DNA of 64,000 nt, taken from contig CM082578.2 in the NCBI GenBank assembly GCA_040954595.2, positions 11,415,166 to 11,479,165 of the forward strand, read 5' to 3'. Position 1 is the stretch's first letter. The number at the start of each line of letters is the position of its first letter. Source of the stretch: Balanoglossus misakiensis. Its lineage: Eukaryota > Animalia > Hemichordata. The translations under genes and the position numbers were made by a program. Positions 52,788-64,000 of the stretch are shown in pieces. Under the pieces are notes generated by a model. That model searched no databases. It saw only the letters and a program-made list of their open reading frames with translations, and had not been told where the DNA came from.

Positions 52788-55700
52788 GTAAGTTTTTTTT
52801 TTTGGCGGCGACACTGATACAACTACTTGAGCTCGTTGACAGTAGAATTAAGACTTTCTCGTGTCGGGTCATTCATCAAATAGCCGGCCACTTTGTTTCT
52901 CGTTTGACCTTTGTGCCGAATTTTCTGTCGAAATATTTTCATTCCCTCCCAGTCAAACGCGAAACCCTCAAATCGAGTTTTAAATGTAGCACGACGTGAA
53001 GTAGAACGTGGCAAATTGCTCAGCCATTTTCGGGTAAAACAGAGTGTTTTTCAGGCGACTTCTCTGGTTATTATGTATTATGAGTAGGTGCAAAAATATA
53101 TGTCTCAAGATGGACATTTCGCCTTCTTGAAAAACAGTACTATTCCCAGCTTACGTGCAATTGAAATTCATGACTTGCTGGACTGACGGTGCTGGACAGA
53201 CTACGATGACTGGCTCAGTGGCCACAAGTTGTGGCGTATCCGTTGTCGCGACCAAGGCGGCGCGTCTGTTGGCTGGACACCAATTCCAGTGATCGTCTCT
53301 TGGCAAGATCTGCAGCCCCTGTTCACCGTTCTGGTTTTCTGTATCGAAATTTCCGCCGAGCAGTTTTGCATCGAAACCGATGCCGTGTAATGATCTAAAC
53401 GATATGCCACTGTGAGATCAACTGAATGGCGTTTTGTTTGACAAATTAGACGTACACAAACAACTGTAGGGTAGACTTTCGGATTTTTCAAAGAAGGGGG
53501 ACTTAGGAAGCCTTTTGTACCCTTCAGTGGACGATGTTGTCAGTAAGCACACACACAAAAAAGACGACGCAGTTTGTCCAAAGTATTTGTATTGTGAATT
53601 GGCAACGTCAGACAGTGCGAGGGGGATAGGATGGCCCACCCGTTAAAATAGACCCCCGTTGTTGCCAACAACTTAAAAAGCACCTTTAGAAGATGAATTT
53701 TTCATGAAGTGCGCTCCCAGACTTAGTGGCTCGCCGTAAAAACCTTTACATGGTTGATTGGGTTTCAATGCCACTCAGCAATACACGGATCTCTTCGGGC
53801 GGGTTTAATTTGTTTTCACATGAAGTGAGGGGAAGACATGGCCACTTCAGACGACGATGGTGGCTTTTCTTGGGCGATACACTCCCCCCCCCCTCTTCTC
53901 CCATCCTGTGTATTGAACATGCAAGTGCATCAGTGCGGTTTTTAGCAAAGCTCCCTATCGAGCGGGCAACTGATCTGGCGAGCGATGCCTTGTCTGGGTA
54001 GTTGACGGGCTAAACCACGTTCGCGTATAACCCCGTAGGTCACTGGACACCTCGCGGAGTTCCAAATCAAAAATCAATAAATCAAACTCCGGTGGTATTG
54101 TCTTTCACGTGATTGGCGCCAGTGTAATTTAATTAACCAGTTCACACCCGTCTGAGTGTGAATGAAAGCCCTACCAAGACGGTTGTGTGTTTGTTTATCT
54201 ACCGATTAGGAGAGTTAGCACGTCCCCGCGCCATTTGCATAATTATTGGCCAATCATTACGTCTCTCTCCGGACGCCAAGATTTTGGTATTCCTATCTGG
54301 TACGCGATCTCCACACTGCAGCGATAGTGATCTCCGTATCACAAGATTTATATCTCGACCTGGCGAAGCTAAATGTTATAAAATATGCTATATATTTACT
54401 TTGACGCGGTGGGCGAAAATCCAAAGCGAGTCAGCGCAGCTTGTGTTCAGCTCCCTGGGACCCCGGTCTCGGCGATACAGACGCCTAGTCGAAGATCTCT
54501 TGAAAAGTAGGAGGGGTCAAAGGGTCAATGAGTAAATTGTTATCATTATGAGGATCTTGAGATCGTTATCTGCCCGACACAATCTAACGATCTGTGGCGA
54601 GTGTAACTTTAATACGCAGCTCTTGTTTCGTCTCTTTCATCAAACCATAGTGCGCGGACCCGACGCTATGTATGTATGGTGAATAGGGCATATCGGTAGG
54701 GGCTAGGCGGGAACTACCACGCACCATTGGGACCGAATTACCCAACGCGGAACAATGGCTGACCCCCCTCCTCCACCCAGTGATCCCGGTTACAGCGTGG
54801 CAAATCTAACTTTCCGCATTTTGTAGTTTCGCACGCATATTATTGTCCATTTTCGCCAGCCGAGCGTGACCGCAGAGAAGAGTGGCGGCGGGGACTTGCC
54901 CGTCTCTCTTATCGCGCACCATCACGCTTCCGCGTTGTGAGTTATTGCCATCGTATCTAGCGGAAACAGACCGAGATCTGTCGTTTGCCCTTTCTGACCT
55001 TCAGGAATATCATGCGAAAAAGAGGAAGCGTCATCATCCGGTCTATAAAACATAACAATCCAATAGGAGAAACGGAGTCTCTATTTGAAAACGAAAAAAA
55101 CTACCAGCGTGATACGTCATGTGTAAAACTGAATCGTTCTTATATATTTTCTAAATACAGAAAGGAAATGAGTCCCGCCTGTTTCCTCTTATCCCTGAGC
55201 TCTTTTCCTGAGTGCACTTGTTCAAAGTACATAATTTACACGATCGAAGCTTTATAATCATTTGAAGCCGAAATTGAACAAACTCGAATGGTAAACGCCG
55301 GAACTCAGATAACGGAATTCATAAGTTGAGTTTAGGGCGTAAGATCGTTTGACATGTTGGCCATTGTTTTTGTGTTTCTCGCCAGAATCATTGATATATT
55401 AACGGTGTATAAGTTGATCATGTTAGCAAATACAAATGATTTGAGAAGAGCGTTGAAAGCGAAAAAATGTGGATTTTCATCGAGGAAGGTATTAATTAAT
55501 CGGAAAGGCGTCAGATGAAAACTGTTTTCGGTACAGCATCATTCGTTTGTACTATACGTTTATGGAACTCAGGAACTGAAACTAACCAAAGTTAACACAA
55601 TAGATACATGTATAATAATCTCGACGGTTATTTCTCATGTTTCCGCGGATTTTGTGTGAAACTTCAGTTACACAGGATAATGTAACTTTGCCAGCTCCAA

Positions 55701-55982
55701 ATTGTTTCGAACCACTTGTCACGTGATGTTTTCTTTGTATACGTTCTCTTTGGTGCTTTTAGTAACTATATAATGTTTCACTTCACCTACTCGACAGATC
55801 AGTTTGAAAATTAAATACGGGGGGGGGGACAAAAGAATCGCATTATTTGCTTTCTAAGACACACTTGTCACTTTGGCGCTGTGGGCTGATTTAATTTGTG
55901 TGTATATCGTATGTTAACAGAGGAGATAGTGAATTGTACATGAGTGGTTTTATCGATTGCTGTACTACTGTTATTTTCACAG

Positions 55983-56357
55983 GTGAACAGGCCCCTCACA
56001 ATGAAGAAAGACGGCATCCAGACCCGAAACCGGAAACTCTCCACCAAATCGAAGAAAAACAAGAACAAAGGCATGGTGGAGGACCACCTGAAAGTGCACA
56101 GCGACTCCATGATGAAGCAGCCGGCGTTCGGAGCCCCCCACCACCCGTCGCCCTACCACCACCAGTCGTCGGGCATGGTGAAGTCGGAGGACTACCAGGT
56201 CCCCGGCATGGGCAGCCTGCACCACTCCTACCCGTCGGCGGCCAGCAGCATGTGCACGCCGCTCGTTCCCCCGCCGCCGGCGCACATGGCAGTGCCGTCG
56301 AGCCTGTCGCTCTGCCCGCCGACATCCAGCATGAGCATGGTGGGAGCCATGGCTTGA
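55983..56357 (+). CDS. GATA1/2/3: GATA1/2/3 coding exon 5 (basic tail and C-terminus)
   Basis: Acceptor TTATTTTCACAG|. [25 protein letters not shown] matches GATA2/3 ([20 protein letters not shown]). Ends [12 protein letters not shown]. Confidence 0.97.
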   Translation: [124 protein letters not shown]

Positions 56358-57835
56358 ATTAGACTTTCAAAAAAGCCGGTCTCCTGGGCCACGGATTGAG
56401 ATGGCTGGCGGCGATGCGTGTTTGCATAACCAATAAGAGAGTGATTTGATGTATAAAAGCAATCAGAGGCTGGACCCAGAGAGACTGCTGTTGGGATAGC
56501 ATACCTCTATTAAATACATGTCTAAGGAACTGAACAATACAGCGACGATGTGTATAATTGCTTCTTTTTAGTGGAACCGTGTCGTGTTGATGTGAACATC
56601 ATATGAGCCGCAAGAAGCTAGAAAAGCCCATTCAGTCGACAACAGGCACGTTTATTGACAAGAGGGGGAAATCCCTAATACTTGCTCGTAGAACATTGCA
56701 TGTAGGGGGAGAGACGATTGTCGAACCTTGAAGGAACTGCGAACACAGCTCTCCAAAAGAGGCTCTCCATCGGCTCTCCTTTTAATATTTAGTGGCTTAT
56801 TCCCAGCGCACCCAGTGATGTTCAATTTAGCGCAAAATAAACCAGTAAACCCCAGGTCGTGAATCATTGACTGCCGTTCGCATTGCTGGCAGTACCGATC
56901 GCCAGAAAGAGGCACTAGATGCCCTCGCTGACTGGGGACTCGACTTCTGACCTTTCCTAATAGCTGGGGAAGAATTTTGCATAGTGCGAAATCACTGGTG
57001 GTTTGTGTTCCGGCAGAGGGGGAAACGCATCACTCGGAGAGAAGGACGCCCCGGTTGTGCATGTACATTTCATTGCCGTTTTCACTAGTACTGTAATCGA
57101 CATTTGTCGCACCACACCAATTCACCATGACGCCATTCTGCAGTCTTTTATTGTTCGTACACAGCACTTGCGTCATTGGTCACTTGGCACGAGATTGTTA
57201 TTCATTTACCATCAGTTGTGTGAATTTCACCCGAAACGTCACGTGGTTTCAGCCAAATATTTTTTTTTCGAAGAAACACCCCACCATTTGTTTCCTAACT
57301 TTTCTGACGTTAGTATGATTAGGTATGCTGCGTTGCGATGGACCTGGGCCATCCATTTTTTACATGTTCAGCTCTAGCGTAAATTTACTTTGTGTTACAC
57401 TTAATAATTGCCGTGTTGCGTACAAGCCCAGTTAATAGATGATGTTTGAAGAATAACAGCGCTTGGTGTCACTGTAAATACTTTCAAGGTGAATTTTTAT
57501 GTGGAATTTTCTCCTTTTGAACACGAACAGTAGAGAGTACATTTCGTTTATGTTAGCCACAGTTAACTCGACTGTGAACCAACTTCGTATTTATCATTAG
57601 ATATTTTTTGTAAAAGTTAAAAGATGTTAGCTTTAGAATGCGGGTTCAAAATGTATAATCACCCTATCTCAACTTCTGAATAATTAAAGAAATAAGTTTT
57701 ATCGAAAGCGAACTTATATGAGACAACTTTTTAGACATTGTCGTTGGACCGTTTATTTGAAGAGATTTGATCATTTATTTAAATTATCATTGGTGCAATA
57801 CGTAAAAATTAATAAATGATCCTGTCACATTATTT
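56358..57835 (+). other. Probable 3' UTR of GATA1/2/3 (~1.5 kb)
   Basis: Runs from the stop codon to AATAAA at 57811, becoming more AU-rich distally. The 3' end is approximate. Confidence 0.6.
57811..57816 (+). terminator. Polyadenylation signal AATAAA
   Basis: Canonical hexamer followed by T- and GT-rich sequence (TTTTTTGTTTTG, TTGTGTT). Weaker alternatives are ATTAAA at 56509 and AATAAA at 56836. Confidence 0.65.
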
Positions 57836-60007
57836 TTTGTTTTGAACTTAAACTATTCGTTGTGTTATTAAAGAAGCGACTACGATTCCATTATTCTAAA
57901 TGGGCTTGTATCTATTTGGGATTTTAAACTGGTTTGGTCGAGTGTGTGAGTGATCTCTATGTCACTGTGTCGGTGGTAGATGAAAAAAAACTTGTTATGA
58001 TGTGTTAAACTCTTACAGGAGATATAAGTATGAAGTTGTGATATCCCTTTCGTCTGTACATGTTGTACAAAATGATATTGTCGATTAAAATGTGATACTT
58101 CAAACCGTCTTCCCGTTTGTGTTGGTATTATGGTTTTCAAGAAGGAGAATCGATCGAGGTTTGATACACCGGAGATAGAGATCCATCGCCTTTGTTTGAA
58201 CAAGTGAGATCGATGTGTTCAGGAGAGTTGATTCTGTTGAGAGCGAAATGGGAATTTTGTGAGGAAACGGGCTTAGAAGAAAATCCCCCCGTTACCCGGG
58301 AGACGCTTTCGACTCAACATGACCGTTCTTTTTAACATGGGATATCTCTGAGCGCGCGCTGTTGAACTTAGAAAGCTTCACGAATTTTGACTGTGCAGAA
58401 CATCTTCCATGCCAGCGAACAGGTCAACGCTTTGCTCCATCCCCAACACCTTTTCCCCTAACCTCCGTCCTCCCATCACCCGCCTGTGTGTGTCTCTCTC
58501 CGCCTGTCTCCATCTCTCATACTCAATCACGTTACAGGAAACAAAATTGTTGGGCATCTCCCAAGTGCTATGCATCATGCCATGCGATGTGTGTTGCAAT
58601 CAACAAAATCCCTATCTTCTCTCTCTAGTCCCACCCTTCATTCCCATTCGTTTTGCGTTTTCATCCATTGGATTAACGCGTGTCCTTGGTTAAGGACTAC
58701 GCACGTGCCCATCGACACCCACGGACCGATTCGCCGTGCAGTAAACGCGACGACACGGTTCAGATCGTCATGTTTACCACACGACACTCCGATTTACGAG
58801 TGCCCGCCAACGGCGCGGCTGTCATCCTACCCGCAAAAAAACGCCGCGTCTACTTTCCGACGAACGGGCACAGCGGCTGAACGCCAGTTAGTGACGTCAC
58901 AAAGCCAGATTAAATTCAATTCAGTCATTTTTGAAGTTAAACGATTTAATTTTTAGATCTATAAGATAACTGATCTTGGCGTGATTGGGGATAAAATGTG
59001 TTAATTCAGTAAACATCAAAGTTAGATTGAAACGGACACGTATCATCTTGTCCCATTTCACAATGCGTGCCTTCAGTATGTAAAACGGATTGTGCAATCT
59101 AGCCGAGCCAATAAACCGGGATTTGTGTACCCTCGTTATAACATGACAAATGGCAACATAATGCCTCTTACCCGGGCTTTTATTCTGTCGACGTACACGG
59201 GATGAGGCACTGTGGATTTTCCCTTGCAAATGCGATAGTTTGACAAGCGTGCATCATTTCTCAATTTACATGTGTATTCTGAATAATAATTCCATTCATC
59301 TGCAGTGAATCGCGGTTTTATTGCTCTATTATACGGAATAAAATGCCGGGAGTGGCTTTCCCCGTCTTGGGTTCCCAGCATATCAGTATGCCGTACCCAT
59401 GCGCTGGCCTAATGATACCCGCGAAGGAGAGCGTGCATTTAGCATTGTGTTCGGTAGCAATAAAATCTCCTAAAAAGTATAATTACTCGATTTCAATAAA
59501 TATATTAAAATAATATGAGATTACCTGTGTGGAAAATGTTACCAAGTTGATCAAGCCGACCTCCTGAACCCCAAGTCACCATTGTATTTACCAGATACTA
59601 ATATTGGAGGCAACAATCGGGGCATAATTCATAATGAATGAAGCAAATCTGGAGACCGATAAGGGAGTGGCGCCTGCCGGGGTTCTCAGCATTTTTTTCA
59701 TGTCACTGAAGTCGCTTTCAAGCTCCATTTTTTCATTTCATATCCATTCAACTGCCGCAATATTGTAATTCACGTCTATGCTTAAAATTTAACCCACTTT
59801 TACGCCGGTTTGATAATCGTGTAATCTTCCTGGCGATGTTTTTTTTATCCGCAACAACATAAGTGCAATTAAAAAACAACATTAAACGTCTTCGATTGAT
59901 TTGATTCGATTGATAAAGTATTGATCGGTTCGTACGACTCACGGATTAAACCATGTCCATCACATTGCAGATTATCAAACTATTTTTTGTAGATAGGGCA
60001 ACAGAAA

Positions 60008-60035
60008 GATTGATTGATTGATTGATTGATTGATT
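60008..60035. repeat. (GATT)7 microsatellite
   Basis: Seven perfect GATT units. Confidence 0.95.
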
Positions 60036-63000
60036 ATTCGACCTACAGGTCTTGCAGTAACCTAGGGCAGAGTCAACTTCAAATAGGGCAATTTGTCTAT
60101 GTTGTGTCCAACAAAAACGATGACATGTTTTTTTCAGTTCAGTATACACTTTATTTATTTCAATGATAACAGTTTTACAATCTTCTTAAAACATTATCTC
60201 AGAAGATAAAATTCAAATGTGAGTTAGAAAATTTGAAACCTTGAAAACAGTTTTGGCGAGTCTTAGACGTTTTATTTCCACCGACCCTTTCCCATAATTG
60301 TCTGTCGCACCGCAACAGATTGCCGTTTTACTCGACTTTGAGAAGTCGATATTATTTCGTACTGATAAATCCACCAATCTTTACACGCTTCAATTCTAAA
60401 CCCATGTGTGCCTTTGGATTGTGTCGAACGATGAACCTCTTTGCAGGTTGACTGTACAAACCAGACATTTTATTTACTCTGGAGTATGGAGTTGTGAATA
60501 CTTTCCTTCGTGGCAAAGTCTGAGAAAAATAAATGGGCTAATCGAAAAAAGCGAAGAAGTGGTAACATCTCTATACAAGGGTTAAAGGTCAAGAGTTTTC
60601 GTACGTAAATAGCAACATTGTCGAGGAGTCCCTGCCGGGAATCCACGTTGAAACCTATTGGACAACTGTAGAGAGAACTCTAGGAGAAAGATTCGGCGCA
60701 CCTTTTCACATGTTTCTCGTTTCTTCCGTTTTATTTTCGAGCGAGATGCATAAAAGATCACGGAAAACCAAGGCGTGCCTCCGCTTGTTATTGACAAGCC
60801 TTTGTAAATCAGGTCGAGGAGGCTCTGTACAAAAAATGACAAGATGACGATAGGTGAAAGAAAAGCCCGCCAAATAAAACAGAAAAAAATACCCGCGCTC
60901 GTCGAACGCTTGCCCCCCGTGCCCCTGAGCAACCAGCTATGTCATCGAAACAAACGCAGAGAATGCTGACAAAAATATCATTTCAACTGCTTGAAACTCT
61001 TCTTGAATCATTTATGCAAATTTTCGAGGGAAAATGTTATCTTTTCCGAGAAGACAAGACCTAGCCCTGGGCTGTTATCTATAACATGTGGAAATTGAAG
61101 ATATGGTGACCTTTCAAACAGTATCTGTCGTGACCCCTAAGAATTCTGCTTATGAATTCTCCATAAGTAACATATTGTGCTCTGTTCAATTTTAATCAAT
61201 TTCAAATCCTTCTAAACTTTAGGCGAATTTTATGCCGTCCCCTTTTCCATTTATGGTTCTTTTTACTTCAATTCAGCGCAGATAAAGTAGCAGGAAAATG
61301 ACGAGTTGAATAAATTTCGCATCAAGTTGAGATTATCGCCGGTTCGATCCAACGAAACAATGGAGATATCATTTTTTATCAGCTCAGATGACTTTTTTAT
61401 TTTATCAATTTGTCCTTATAGCGGGCAATTTTCTGGTTGACGACCCTCGATCGGCTGAAATTAAGCGACTGTTAGTACTTGGGTACTTTATCAGTGATTT
61501 CTGATCAGACAAGCGTCTTGGATCAGTCCGACTGACGCACTCAGCTAGTCAGCGACGCATTGCATTGATGCTGAAGTCAGGCTGCCGCACGCCTGCTATA
61601 GGCAGAGCCACGGCGTATGGTGTACAGACACGGCGAATCCGGAGATATTTTTGGCCGCAGCCGAAGTCCGTGTCTGTCTAGTGTACACAGCCAGTCGCCG
61701 AGACTAAGTCGCTTCAAGTTCGAGACATAGCGTTGGTCGCATTGATGAAAATCATAACGCCTTTTCCCCCTATTCGATTGAAATGATCTCATCTCTGCAG
61801 TGGTGTTTTTTTTCGATTATTGGTTGTGATGGTTGTGAATCGTTGAGCGTTTGTATATCTATAAGTTTAATATGCAACGCGAATCAGGCTATGCCTATAT
61901 GGGATACCTGTTTTCATTCAAAACTGAAAGCATGACCACCGTGGCATGGAAACTTTTATGAATCTGGTTGTAAAAGAAGAGATCAGATCAATACCTATCT
62001 AAAAGAAGGACGATCGGTGATTGGAGTATTAGCGCGGTGATTACAAACAGATCGCCCCCGCTCGCTAAATTAAGACACAGTTGTGCGTGGAGGGCTGTCG
62101 AAGGCCACAATAAAGAAATGTACCCCTCCGTCTGTCAGCAGGACGATATATTAAACGCTCAGATACCCTGAAGCATAAATGGACAATTTTGTCCATTTCG
62201 AACAGAGGATTGAAACCCATTATCGCCGGCATTTCATCCCAAACACACGCACGCACGCACGCACGGACATGTGCCTCCCTCCGCGTGCACAAGCACACTA
62301 TCGACTAAAGTGAGACGAGGAGGGTAACATTTCTTCTTCCACGTTGCATCCACTTTATCCACAAATGTCCTTTTTTGGCAGAACGGACTAAATGTCCGAC
62401 AAGAATCATGATAAACTCCAACTTGTATCTTATCTAAAAATTAAAAGTCCAGGAGCTGGATTAGGTTACCGTCCAATTAAAAGCGGCGCAAGGCCGGTCG
62501 GATGTTGCCGCATGCGCCATTGTCAAATGGTGGCACACCAAACATCTGTCAATGCCAAAAGCCAGTTACAGTATCTGGGCGCACAGAAGATAAGTCAAAG
62601 TCCGTATATCAAAACTTGTCATCTTGTTGCCAAAGCTAAAAGTAGAATATAGAGACCGATTGCAGTTGTAATGTGGTAGTTGATCGCAATTAACCCAAAA
62701 CGTCGGCTTCTCAAAGTTGGGCGCTCGTCAACTAACTCCCGATTTGCATGCGCACAAAACAACTGCACTCTCAAGTTCAAATTTCTCCCTTTCAAATGCA
62801 AAAGAAGTCTGAGCTGCGAGATGAACATTACACAATGAACTGGTCTGACCAGCCCTGAAGACGTAACTCGTAATCAGAGGCTTGTTCTTTCACTAATTAC
62901 AAAACGTCGAATCATCTGCCGCGATAACCACGAGTGCGTATAAAGAATTACAGGTCCCATCTACTGATTTTATGTCCCCAAGGCAACGCAGAGCGCGCAG

Positions 63001-64000
63001 ATTACTTGTTTAGATTAAAGATTCGACAGAATCAGGTATTCCAAATGCAGCCTGAGATTTTCCAGCGTCCGTCCAAAAGCCTAAATTAAACTGGCTGTGC
63101 TGTAAGCTACGATTTTCCGGTCAGAAGACATGAATTCTGCGGAGGCGGGCAGAAGGGGGGAAATACTTGGATATTTTGTCACCGTCTCGACTGTGAGTGA
63201 CTGCGCCATCGATGGAATGGACGTCGACGGCGTGGATGGATGGATGGATCGCCGACTTGAGAAATTTTGCAGAAAGATTTTCAGAGTCGCCGAGTTTCTG
63301 TCTTAATTGGAGGGAAGTGATTAAAATAACGCAGCGGCGCCATCGCAGTGTTTTCGCTTTATCTCTGTTAATTCTTTCAAAAGTGTGATATGAACAATGC
63401 CGGATATATCATTCGATAATCTCCGTGATTCGATTCATTTGTGAGGAGAAGAAGAAATCATGTTTACTACATTCGAGCCTTGTGGTATCAGTTATCGTCA
63501 ATTTACAGGTTTGCCTCGACATTAACAGCCATCTTATTGATTTCCCACTTCCCGAGATAACACGAAATTAAAAAACTTCGTCGTCGGTATTAAGTACTCT
63601 TCAAAAATGAAAAGCGTCGCGATGTGTTTCAGAAAAAAATGAGGGGGGAAGAAAGGGCTAGGGTAGCGGACAATAGTCTAATGATTTTTATGAATTTGAT
63701 CGGGGTGGTAGAAAACGGTAGTCGGCTGGAAATCCCGATGAAGAAAAGAGAAACAAACTCCCGACATTGAAAAAAAAATGAAAATTCATCAGCCCATGGG
63801 AAATCATCTTGAAAACTTGCCGTGGATTTCTGTTTGGAACAGGCAGGAAACAATGAAAGAAAACATAAAGCAGACAAAATTTCAATCAAAGACTGTCCAA
63901 AACACCGCCCGCAGCTACGCGCGGTTGTTTAGCTGCAACTGAAAATAACGTATAAATATTTGATAAGTGAGGGGTTTGCATTAGTGAGATTAAAACGTAA

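Noticed and set aside
52613-52999. 128-aa ORF over the C-finger exon
   Set aside because: Wrong frame. The true frame (52662-52787) encodes the zinc finger.
55898-56362. 154-aa ORF and antisense ORFs overlapping the last GATA exon
   Set aside because: These are shadow frames of a GC-rich coding exon with no recognisable homology.
58362-58956. Stack of overlapping ORFs downstream of the gene
   Set aside because: CT-rich low-complexity sequence depleted of stop codons, with no homology.

Overview
Eukaryotic (animal) genomic DNA, not prokaryotic. The only supportable protein-coding gene is one five-coding-exon GATA1/2/3-class (GATA123/GATAc) dual zinc-finger transcription factor on the + strand: CDS join 47136-47415, 47851-48408, 50649-50794, 52662-52787, 55983-56357 (1485 nt, 494 aa), with a probable poly(A) signal at 57811. 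Its termini resemble vertebrate GATA2/3 but are diverged, which suggests an invertebrate deuterostome, plausibly a hemichordate (inference). About 46 kb upstream and 6 kb downstream are non-coding, with microsatellites, repeat remnants and transcription-factor motif clusters. The best leads are: (1) an intronic CATCTG-N8-TGATAA composite inside a GATA cluster, resembling the mammalian Gata2 +9.5 enhancer; (2) a SINE-like segment resembling, from memory, the amniote AmnSINE2; (3) a perfect cryptic donor in intron 1 that would give an NMD isoform; (4) two NAGNAG acceptors; (5) candidate non-coding upstream exons. I found no evidence of a new multi-gene system. Nearly all other ORFs in the track look spurious. 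Introns are numbered between coding exons.
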